A stretch of DNA of 64,000 bases from an uncultured Verrucomicrobiales bacterium. Lineage in GTDB: Bacteria; Verrucomicrobiota; Verrucomicrobiia; Verrucomicrobiales; DEV007. Below are positions 16,981-24,909 of the stretch, piece by piece. Every line of letters begins with the position of its first letter. Within the stretch, counting starts at the first letter, position 1. The stretch lies in assembly GCA_964500945.1 (NCBI GenBank), contig CAZCRA010000002.1:27683-91682 (forward strand). The letters are read 5' to 3'. Made by a program: the position numbers and the translations under genes. Below the pieces are notes generated by a model. That model did not search any database. It had not been told where the DNA came from and was given only the letters and a program-made list of their open reading frames with translations.

Positions 16981-18783
16981 GTGAGGTTTGGTCCGCGCGA
17001 GGGTATCGCAACAGGTGAAGGGATGGATTTCGAGAGCGTGAGGTTGAAGGCGCGGGAACGGCTGCTGGCGGAGCGGACGGCCGGCGGCTGGTGGACCGGA
17101 GAATTGTCCAGCAGTGCGCTCTCGACCGCGACGTCGATCGTGGCGTTGACCTTGGTGGAGGCGCACCGGGAGCGGATCAGGCGGGGGGTGACGTGGCTGG
17201 CTGGGCAGCAAAATCCGGATGGCGGCTGGGGCGACACGGACCGGAGTTTTTCGAATTTGTCGACGACGCTCCTGAGTTGGTCGGCGCTGAAGTTGGCGAG
17301 GCATCCGGACCGGGCTGCGTTGGAGCGGGCGGAGAGGTGGATTGGTGAGCGGGCAGGAGATTTGGATCCGGAGACGCTGGTCAGGAAGGTAACGGAGAGG
17401 TATGGGCGCGACCGGACGTTCGCGGTGCCGATCCTCATGATGTGCGCAATCTGCGGGACCCTGGGCGAACCGGATGCCGCTTGGCGCCGGGTGCTACCGT
17501 TGCCGTTCGAATTGGCGGCCTTTCCGAGGGAGTGGTTCGCGGCTTTGCGGCTGCCGGTGGTGAGCTACGCGCTTCCGGCCTTGATCGCGATCGGCTATGC
17601 GCGGCACCATCACGCGCCTGCGCCGGTGCCGTTGAGATGGGTCCGGTCGATGATTTGGCCACGGGTATCTGGGCTGCTCGAGCGAATCCAGCCCGGGAGC
17701 GGTGGTTTTCTGGAGGCCGCGCCGTTGACGGGCTTCGTGACGATGGCGTTGGCCTCAGCGGGCGAGAAGGATCATCCGGTGGCCCGCCGGGGTGTGGGGT
17801 TTCTGGTCGAGGGACAGCGGGAGGATGGGAGTTGGCCGATCGACACGAATCTTTCGACGTGGGTGACGACGCTGGCGGTGAAGGCGCTCTGGCGGGAGGA
17901 ACCCTGTACCGTGGAGGAGAGCGACGGGGTGTTGAGTTGGCTTCGGGCACAGCAGTATGTTCGGGTCCATCCCTTCACCAACGCCGCCCCGGGAGGCTGG
18001 GCCTGGACAAACCTGAGCGGCGGGGTGCCGGACGCCGATGATACCCCCGGAGCTCTTTTGGCCCTGCGTCTGCTCGATCCCGGGGCGCGAGAGGCGGCGG
18101 AAGCCGGGATTGGTTGGTTATTGGACCTGCAGAATTCGAACGGTGGAATTCCAACCTTTTGCCGGGGATGGGGCGCCCTACCCTTCGACCGGTCGAGCGC
18201 GGATCTGACGGCACACGCGCTGCGGGCGTGGGCAGTGTGGCGCGAGGAGGTGGCTGACGAACTCCGGGAGCGGATCGATCGAGCAGCGGCGCGCGCCATG
18301 GCCTTTCTGGCACGGCAGCAGCGGAGTGATGGCTCCTGGGTGCCGCTTTGGTTTGGCAATCAACACGTGACGGACGAAGAAAATCCGGTCTACGGGACGG
18401 CGAAGGTCGTGCTGGCGTTGAACGAAGTGCGCGACTGGTTGCCGGAGGGCGAGGTGTTGCGGAAGGGTGGCGTGGCTTGGCTGGAGACCGCGCAACGGGG
18501 AGACGGGAGTTTTGGCGGCGACGGAAGCGACAGCGGACCGGGGTCGATCGAAGAAACGGCGCTGGCGACGGAAGCCTTGATTCGCGCCGGGCGACTCGAC
18601 GCCGGGGGGCGGGGTTTGGAAGCGCTCGGCAAACTGACGGAGGGAGGAACGGCGTTTTCGGCGTCTCCAATTGGATTCTACTTTGCGAAACTGTGGTACT
18701 ACGAGCGGTTGTATCCGCTAATTTGGACCGTGAGCGCCTTTGAAGCGGGGAAGGCGGACGGGCTGGATTCTAGATTCACGTGA
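16981..18783 (+). CDS. Squalene-hopene-cyclase-like class II terpene cyclase
   Basis: QW-type repeats are present (QQNPDGGWG, QREDGSWP, QNSNGGIP, QQRSDGSWVPLWFGN, QRGDGSFGG). The catalytic-type motif is PGGWAWTNLSGGVPDADDTPGALLAL, with DADD at 18031-18042. The C-terminus is GFYFAKLWYYERLYPLIWTVSAF. A GTG at 16981 directly follows the upstream stop, and an alternative ATG lies at 17023. Confidence 0.8.
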   Translation: MRFGPREGIATGEGMDFESVRLKARERLLAERTAGGWWTGELSSSALSTATSIVALTLVEAHRERIRRGVTWLAGQQNPDGGWGDTDRSFSNLSTTLLSWSALKLARHPDRAALERAERWIGERAGDLDPETLVRKVTERYGRDRTFAVPILMMCAICGTLGEPDAAWRRVLPLPFELAAFPREWFAALRLPVVSYALPALIAIGYARHHHAPAPVPLRWVRSMIWPRVSGLLERIQPGSGGFLEAAPLTGFVTMALASAGEKDHPVARRGVGFLVEGQREDGSWPIDTNLSTWVTTLAVKALWREEPCTVEESDGVLSWLRAQQYVRVHPFTNAAPGGWAWTNLSGGVPDADDTPGALLALRLLDPGAREAAEAGIGWLLDLQNSNGGIPTFCRGWGALPFDRSSADLTAHALRAWAVWREEVADELRERIDRAAARAMAFLARQQRSDGSWVPLWFGNQHVTDEENPVYGTAKVVLALNEVRDWLPEGEVLRKGGVAWLETAQRGDGSFGGDGSDSGPGSIEETALATEALIRAGRLDAGGRGLEALGKLTEGGTAFSASPIGFYFAKLWYYERLYPLIWTVSAFEAGKADGLDSRFT

Positions 18784-19876
18784 GAATCTGGCGGATTTGG
18801 CTTTCTCGGGCTTCGATGCTTTCGCAGAGCTTCATTTGAACGCGGGCGCGGTGGAGGTTTTGGAGTTCGTGCCGGACTTTAAAATAGCGGTTTCCCGCCA
18901 GGTAATCGGTGTAGAACCGGAGCCCGAGTTCAAACGCGATCAGGCGAACGGCGTCGTAGAGGAAGCGATGGTCTGTCGGTGAAAGAAAACCGGAAGCCTC
19001 GCGGAGATAGCCCCGCATGAGGGCATCGAAAAGATCGAGATCGAAATAAACCTCGTCGAGGTCCTGGGTTTCCTCGCCGGCCGGGTTGCAGGCGCTCCGT
19101 GCGGCATCGCCGACGTCGTAGTGGATGAGCCCTGGTTTGACCGTATCAAGATCGATGATGGCCGTCCCTCGGCCGGTGACGTCATCGATCATGATGTTGG
19201 TGATCTTCGGGTCTCCGTGAATGGGCCGGATGGAGAGTTCACGGGAGGCCGCGGCATTTTCCAGGACGGGAACGAAGGACCGGCGATCCTCGATGAAGCG
19301 GGCGATCCGCTGCGATTCGGCCGAGGCCGTGAGGAGTCGCTCCCCCCCGGGGGTGGCGCGGATTTCGTCGAACGCCCGCAAGTAATCCGGCGTCACGTGG
19401 AAGCCTGGCAGGGTGTCGGCGAGATTTGCGACGGGAAAATCGGCGATGAGGTGATGAAAATGTCCCAGGACCCTGCCGGCTTCGAAGGCGTGTTCGGGGG
19501 AGTGCACCCGGTCGTGGCTTTTGGCCGAAGCGATCAGGGACAGCCCCCGCCAGTAGCTGCCATCGGGAGCTTCGAAGAGATCCCGGCCGTCGCGAGCGGG
19601 AATGATCCGTGGGAGCTGCCAGATCCGATCGGCTTCATCGGCGGCCGCTTCGATCCGGCGATGGGCATGCTCCGTGACGGCACGCATGTTCGCCATCACG
19701 GTTTCGGGCGATTTGAAGACGGCGTGATTGATGCGTTGGAGGACGAAGCGGTGTTCATCGAAGGTGGTGCGAAAGACGGCACAGAAGGTGTCGTTCACGT
19801 TCCCCGACCCGAGCGGTTCGACGGTCACCAGACGGCCGGGGACGTCGAAGGCCTTTGCGGCATCGGCTGGATTCAT
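18776..19876 (-). CDS. APH-fold sugar kinase, N-acetylhexosamine-1-kinase (NahK)-like
   Basis: The translation shows VEPLGSGNVNDTF, FVLQRINHAVFKSPETVMANMRAVTEH, IHGDPKITNIMIDD and IIDLDTV. The start is trimmed to the ATG at 19876, which overlaps the nadE stop (ATGA). The 3' end overlaps the cyclase gene by 8 nt (convergent). Confidence 0.7.
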   Translation of the reverse strand: MNPADAAKAFDVPGRLVTVEPLGSGNVNDTFCAVFRTTFDEHRFVLQRINHAVFKSPETVMANMRAVTEHAHRRIEAAADEADRIWQLPRIIPARDGRDLFEAPDGSYWRGLSLIASAKSHDRVHSPEHAFEAGRVLGHFHHLIADFPVANLADTLPGFHVTPDYLRAFDEIRATPGGERLLTASAESQRIARFIEDRRSFVPVLENAAASRELSIRPIHGDPKITNIMIDDVTGRGTAIIDLDTVKPGLIHYDVGDAARSACNPAGEETQDLDEVYFDLDLFDALMRGYLREASGFLSPTDHRFLYDAVRLIAFELGLRFYTDYLAGNRYFKVRHELQNLHRARVQMKLCESIEARESQIRQILT

Positions 19877-21810
19877 GCGTCGTCCAGTTCGTTCAGCTCC
19901 TGCTCGAAACCGCCGGAAAGGATCGGGAAGCGGCACCAGGTTTTCGGATCGAGGTTTTCGTCGTCCAGGTGGAACGAGGGGGCAAACCTCTCGCGCTTCC
20001 ACTGGTTCCTCGACCAGAGGCGGAAGAAACGGCGGACCCACTCGACCCGTTGCGGTCGCGGTTCGTCCGGAAAATCGACGGCGAGGCGCTCAACGATGGT
20101 GGCGGGAGACGATTTGTCACGGATCGCCGCGCGTTCGATGGCATCGAGGACGGGGAAAGGCATCAGATCGGCCTCATCGGTTTGCGCCTCGGATTCGGGT
20201 CGGAGCTCGGCGGTGGGTTGCTGAGCGTTGATGAGGGTGAGTTCGGGAATGGGACGGATGCGATCGCTTCCCTCGGTTTCGAGCCAGCGCAGCCAATGAC
20301 GGAGGAAGGCTTTGTCGATGCCGCAAATCGGGCTGAGACCGCCGCTGGTATCGCCGTCCATGGTGGTGTAACCCACGGCGGCTTCGGAGCGATTCGAGGT
20401 GGCGAGTAGAAGGGCGCCGCGGAGGTTTGCCAGCATCCAAATGCCGGGTGAGCGGACGCGCGCCTGGATGTTTTGGAGGGCCAAATCGTCCCGTTCCCAG
20501 CTCAACTCCCGGTCGAGCGCCGAGGAGGCGAGGCCGGTGTATTTTTCGATGAGACCGGAGATCTCCCATCGGTGAAACGATGCACCGAGGGATTTCGCGA
20601 GCGTCCGGGCGGCGGTCTCCGTAGTTTCCGAACTGTTCTCCGAAGCCTGGTAAACGCAGGTGAGAAGCTGGGCCATGCCGGGTTCAGGGAGCTTCAACCA
20701 GTCGCCCAGCCGGCGCACGACCTCGACGTCGCCCAGTTCCGCGCGGCTCAGATCGAGCATGATTCGGACCAAACACGCGATAGCACCGGAGTCAGCTCCG
20801 CCGCTGAGGGAAAGGACGAACCCCCGGCTATGGCTTTTGCGGAGGTAATCGAACAGAGCCAAAGCCACGGCGTGGGCGAATTCCTCTTCTTTGGAAAGGG
20901 TGGGGTAGGTGGTGCTGGGGTCGATCGAAACGGCTGGCTCGTCTTTCCAGGGGAAATCGATCGCGACATCGGCACCGTCGTCCGGGGCGACGGCGCGCCC
21001 GACGGTCCGGGCCTGCTCGCTGCGCAGGCGATCGAGAGGGATCGCTGCGTGAATGAGATGGTGTTCCCGAAAGCTGAGTCGAGGATGAGCCGCCAGAAGA
21101 CGGCCACCACAGGCGATGAGAGTGCCGCCATCGTAAATCGCGCGTCCGGCCTCGTTCCCGAGGAGGTTGGCGTAGAGGTAGACCGAACCGTAGGCGCGGG
21201 AGTGTTCGAGGACGTAGCGATGCCGGATGGCGTCTTTTCCAAAGGCAAAATGGCTGGCACTGGGATGGAGGATGACGTCCGCGCCGCGGGCGGCGAGCCG
21301 GGAACCGGGTGTCGACGCCACCCAGGCATCCTCACAGATTTCGATGCCGAACCGGACGCCGCCGATTTCGTAGAGGAGATCGCCGACCGGTACACCGTTC
21401 CAGGTGGTGACGACGCCGGGGGGCCAGGGTTTGAACCAGCGCGGCTCGTAGTGGAGGCCATCGCCGGCGAGATGTTGTTTGGGGGTGATGCCCAGGATGC
21501 GGCCATTCGCGATGAGGGCGATGGCGTTGTAGACCGCGCCACGAAGCCACAGCGGGATACCGAGCGTGAGGATCAGGTTCTCCGATTCGGTGGCCAGTTC
21601 CTCGACGGCCTGCCATGCGCGGTCGGCGAGATGCGGAGCGAGGAAAACGTCTTCGCACCCATATCCGGGGACGTTCATCTCCGGGAGGCAGAGAACCTGA
21701 GCCCTGGCCTCCCGGGCGGATGCCATGGCGGCGCGGATCCGGGTGAGATTACCCGGCCAGTCGAGCGGCGTCTGGTTCAGGGCCGCCGCGGCGACGGTGA
21801 TGGCATCCAT
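19873..21810 (-). CDS. nadE: Glutamine-dependent NAD+ synthetase (CN-hydrolase domain plus PP-loop synthetase)
   Basis: The nitrilase-type domain shows LCLPEMNVPGYGCED and FGIEICEDAW. The PP-loop is VLSLSGGADSGA. Confidence 0.9.
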   Translation of the reverse strand: MDAITVAAAALNQTPLDWPGNLTRIRAAMASAREARAQVLCLPEMNVPGYGCEDVFLAPHLADRAWQAVEELATESENLILTLGIPLWLRGAVYNAIALIANGRILGITPKQHLAGDGLHYEPRWFKPWPPGVVTTWNGVPVGDLLYEIGGVRFGIEICEDAWVASTPGSRLAARGADVILHPSASHFAFGKDAIRHRYVLEHSRAYGSVYLYANLLGNEAGRAIYDGGTLIACGGRLLAAHPRLSFREHHLIHAAIPLDRLRSEQARTVGRAVAPDDGADVAIDFPWKDEPAVSIDPSTTYPTLSKEEEFAHAVALALFDYLRKSHSRGFVLSLSGGADSGAIACLVRIMLDLSRAELGDVEVVRRLGDWLKLPEPGMAQLLTCVYQASENSSETTETAARTLAKSLGASFHRWEISGLIEKYTGLASSALDRELSWERDDLALQNIQARVRSPGIWMLANLRGALLLATSNRSEAAVGYTTMDGDTSGGLSPICGIDKAFLRHWLRWLETEGSDRIRPIPELTLINAQQPTAELRPESEAQTDEADLMPFPVLDAIERAAIRDKSSPATIVERLAVDFPDEPRPQRVEWVRRFFRLWSRNQWKRERFAPSFHLDDENLDPKTWCRFPILSGGFEQELNELDDA

Positions 21811-21928
21811 AGGTCAAACTGCCGGTGACGAACCGGCGTGGCAACTGTTACGTGCTCGGGGGAGGGTAGGGACGACCCGGTGTCTGCGGGCTTGACCTCT
21901 CCGCCGGGGCGATGTTTTCTCTGCGGCG

Positions 21929-22498
21929 ATGGCAAGAACGATCGTCGTTTGCGGAGCGATTCTGGTCGCGGCACTGCCGGGCTGGGGGCAGGAGGTGCAA
22001 CCGGCGCGGATCGCGGTGGTGGATTTCAAAGGGTTATTGGCTCAGCACCCGGAAGCGATCCGGATCGAGGCGGCACTCGAGAACCGTCGGGTGGAAGCGC
22101 TGCGCCAACTGGAGGAAAAGCGGAACGAAGCGCGGCTGCTGGCGGAGAATGCGCGGCAGATCCAGCAGGCGGGGCTCGATGGTGACGGCGCGTTGACGCC
22201 CGAGGCTGAGAACATGCTCATGGACCTGCGCAAGCAAGATGCCGAACTGCGCCAGACGATGCGTCAGCTGGAATACGAAGTGCAGGAGAAGTTGATCGAC
22301 GAGCGCCGGGAGGCGTTCGCGAAGCTCACTGCGGCCTTGCAGGCAGCCGTGCGGGAAACCAATTCGGGGCGTTACGATCTCGTGCTCGACGCTTCAGCGA
22401 TTTCCCGCGCCGGGTTTCCGCAGGTGCTCGATCATTCGGGCGTGGACGATTTGACCAAGGAAGTGATGGCCTTCATGGCTGCGCAAGGGGGATTCTGA
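21929..22498 (+). CDS. OmpH/Skp-like periplasmic chaperone
   Basis: A signal peptide (MARTIVVCGAILVAALPGWG) is followed by IAVVDFKGLL and a long charged helical region. Confidence 0.7.
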   Translation: MARTIVVCGAILVAALPGWGQEVQPARIAVVDFKGLLAQHPEAIRIEAALENRRVEALRQLEEKRNEARLLAENARQIQQAGLDGDGALTPEAENMLMDLRKQDAELRQTMRQLEYEVQEKLIDERREAFAKLTAALQAAVRETNSGRYDLVLDASAISRAGFPQVLDHSGVDDLTKEVMAFMAAQGGF

Positions 22499-23079
22499 TG
22501 AAGAGAGGCCGTGCATTCCCAGTTCCTGTTTTCGTTTTCGTCAGTGGCGCGCTGTTCGTCACGGCTGCCCTCGCCCAGAATGCAGGATTCGCCGTCGCGA
22601 CGGTCGATTTGGAGCGCCTCTTCAAAGCACACCCGGACACGGTGGAGGCCGAGAAAGCGTTGGACGCCAAGAAGAAGGAGCTTCGCGAGGATTACCAGGA
22701 AAAGGCCAACGCGCTCAAAAGGGTCCTGCAGGAGCATCAGGCCGCGACACGGAGGCTGGCACAGGCGGGTAAAAACCCGGATGACGATCTCGTCTCGGCC
22801 GCGGAGGATCTGCTGAAAGAGGCGAGCGAGCTCGAGAAAGAGGTCGCGACGCTTCAGACGAAACAGAAGGCTGACCTGGAACGGGAGTTTCTCGAGGTGA
22901 AGCGGGGCATCATCGCCGATTTGCGGGACGTCATCGCGGTTTACAACGCCAGCGGCCGTTTCGACGTCGTGCTCGATGCCTCGGCGAAATCGGCGAACGG
23001 GTTGCCCCAGCTCCTCCACGCTCCAGCTGCGGAGGACATCACCGAGGAAATTCTCGAACGGCTCGAGAAGCGGGGATGA
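22498..23079 (+). CDS. OmpH/Skp-like periplasmic chaperone (paralogue)
   Basis: A signal peptide is followed by VATVDLERLFKAHPDT and a charged helical hairpin region. The start overlaps the upstream stop (TGATG). Confidence 0.7.
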   Translation: MKRGRAFPVPVFVFVSGALFVTAALAQNAGFAVATVDLERLFKAHPDTVEAEKALDAKKKELREDYQEKANALKRVLQEHQAATRRLAQAGKNPDDDLVSAAEDLLKEASELEKEVATLQTKQKADLEREFLEVKRGIIADLRDVIAVYNASGRFDVVLDASAKSANGLPQLLHAPAAEDITEEILERLEKRG

Positions 23080-24182
23080 GCCGGGTCGCACTTCCGGTCG
23101 ACCGGCTGGAAGCGGTCTGGCCCAACCGGTTCCGGAGTGGCGACCTTCGATTGGGTGCGCTGTTGCATGGGGCATCGGTCACGAGCGAGCTGGAACCGGT
23201 TCTCGGGCGCCTGGAAGGTCTGGAGCGTGAGAGTTTCTTTCGGATATCGGCTCTGTTCGGCCCGCAGCACGGCTTTCAGGGGACGACGCAGGACAACATG
23301 ATCGAATGGGAGAGCTACCGCCACCCACGCCTCCAAGTGCCGGTCCACAGTTTGTATGGTGAGCACCGCAAACCGACGCCGTCCATGCTGGCCGGAATTG
23401 ACGCGCTCTTCGTCGACCTCGTCGATATCGGGACCCGGTATTACACCTTTATCTGGACGCTTCTGCTGGCGATGGAAGCGTGTGCCGAGGCAGGCGTCCC
23501 CGTGATTCTGGCGGACCGGCCCAACCCTTTGAACGGCGAAAGCGTCGAGGGTGATCCCCAGCGAGAAGATCATGTTTCTTTCGTCGGCCTCCGCCCGCTG
23601 CCCGTGAGACACGGCATGACGATCGGCGAACTGGCGATCCATTTCCGGGACGAGAATGCGGCCGGCACGGATCTGGTCGTTTTGCCGATGGAGGGGTGGA
23701 AACGCTGGATGTGGCACGATGACACCGGGCTGCCCTGGGTCATGCCGTCGCCCAACATGCCGTCGCTGGACACGGCAACGGTTTACCCGGGCATGTGCCT
23801 GTTCGAGGGGACGAACGTGAGCGAAGGGCGAGGGACGACCCGGCCCTTTGAACTCTTCGGCGCTCCGTGGATCGACGGCGAAGGGCTGGCGGACGAACTG
23901 AACTCGCTGGAGTTGCCGGGTGCCCGATTCCGTCCGGTGGCGTTTGAGCCGGGGTTCCAGAAGTCCGCCGGCGAAGTGTGCCAAGGATGTCAGCTCCATG
24001 TGACGGAGCGAAACGCGTTCTTGCCTTACCACACCGGAGTGAGCATTTTGCGAGTCATCGGGAAGCGATATCCGGCGCATTTTCAGTGGAATGCGCCGCC
24101 ATACGAGTATGAATACGAGAAGCTGCCGATCGAAATCCTCACCGGTCGCCCTGTGGCGGACACCTTTCCCGAGTTGGTTTAA
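23076..24182 (+). CDS. DUF1343 family protein (exo-beta-N-acetylmuramidase NamZ/YbbC-like)
   Basis: The translation shows LFGPQHGFQGTTQDNM, VHSLYGEHRKPT, LFVDLVDIGTRYYTFIWTL, DRPNPLNG, GLRPLPVRHGMTIGELA, PSPNMPS and FEGTNVSEGRGTTRPFE. Confidence 0.8.
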   Translation: MSRVALPVDRLEAVWPNRFRSGDLRLGALLHGASVTSELEPVLGRLEGLERESFFRISALFGPQHGFQGTTQDNMIEWESYRHPRLQVPVHSLYGEHRKPTPSMLAGIDALFVDLVDIGTRYYTFIWTLLLAMEACAEAGVPVILADRPNPLNGESVEGDPQREDHVSFVGLRPLPVRHGMTIGELAIHFRDENAAGTDLVVLPMEGWKRWMWHDDTGLPWVMPSPNMPSLDTATVYPGMCLFEGTNVSEGRGTTRPFELFGAPWIDGEGLADELNSLELPGARFRPVAFEPGFQKSAGEVCQGCQLHVTERNAFLPYHTGVSILRVIGKRYPAHFQWNAPPYEYEYEKLPIEILTGRPVADTFPELV

Positions 24183-24240
24183 GTGGCTCTGGGCCAGTTT
24201 TTTGATACCGGCTGCGCTACAGGGGAGCCCGCTGCTTCGC

Positions 24241-24909
24241 ATGAACGAACCGGCGGAGGGTTTGCTGAAAACCGCAGAGAGCTTTTCGAAGATCGGGGAA
24301 CCTCGAGAGGCGCCGGCTGGGCCGCGCTTTCATGCCGAGCAGTGGCAAACCTTGATGCGCCACTACCTGGCCGTGCACGACCGGTTCCCGCATGTCTACT
24401 ACTTCTTCTGCACGGTTTACTACACGCCGATGGAAGCGGGCTTCACGGCGGAGGCGGGGTTCGACGTGACACCGGACGGGCGCAGCCAGCTCGGCAGTCG
24501 CCGGTTCGCCAAGAGCTTTCTTCGTGCGGTCGTGATGGAAGGATTCGGACGGCTTGAAGAACCGGCTTCGGGAGGCCGGGAATACGTCAAATACTGGGGC
24601 AGCTGGGGATACGATACCCGGGCACTCGGGAACCGGAACAACACGCTGAAGGACCGGACCTCCGCGGCGGTGCACCGGCGAAACACGCTCTTTTCGAAGG
24701 GCACACCGATGCAGGTGCTCGATCCGCATGTTTGGAACACCTTCGGCGGTTCGTCCTTCGAGGCGGCAGACACTGGCGGGGGGCTGTTCCGAAGCCAGAT
24801 CGACCTCTATTGGGGTGAAGACTACCCGATGGGACCGGAGGACCTGTTTCGACCGGCGAGTTGTGATCTCGCCGTGAGCTGGATCGTCCCGGTGCTGGTC
24901 GGCTACTGA
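24241..24909 (+). CDS. 3D-domain (MltA C-terminal-like) protein
   Basis: The translation shows FFCTVYYTPMEAGF...SFLRAVVMEGFGRL...AADTGGGLFRSQIDLYWGED. The start is uncertain. The in-frame upstream stretch KWLWASFLIPAALQ could be a signal peptide if an earlier start at 24091 or 24109 is used. Confidence 0.55.
   Translation: MNEPAEGLLKTAESFSKIGEPREAPAGPRFHAEQWQTLMRHYLAVHDRFPHVYYFFCTVYYTPMEAGFTAEAGFDVTPDGRSQLGSRRFAKSFLRAVVMEGFGRLEEPASGGREYVKYWGSWGYDTRALGNRNNTLKDRTSAAVHRRNTLFSKGTPMQVLDPHVWNTFGGSSFEAADTGGGLFRSQIDLYWGEDYPMGPEDLFRPASCDLAVSWIVPVLVGY

Noticed and set aside
19121-21828. + strand ORFs of 367 and 451 aa (19121..20224 and 20473..21828). The 451-aa ORF 57812..59167 belongs to the same class.
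   Set aside because: They lie antisense to nadE and the NahK-like kinase, and to mtnA and pilD, respectively. They show no recognisable motifs.
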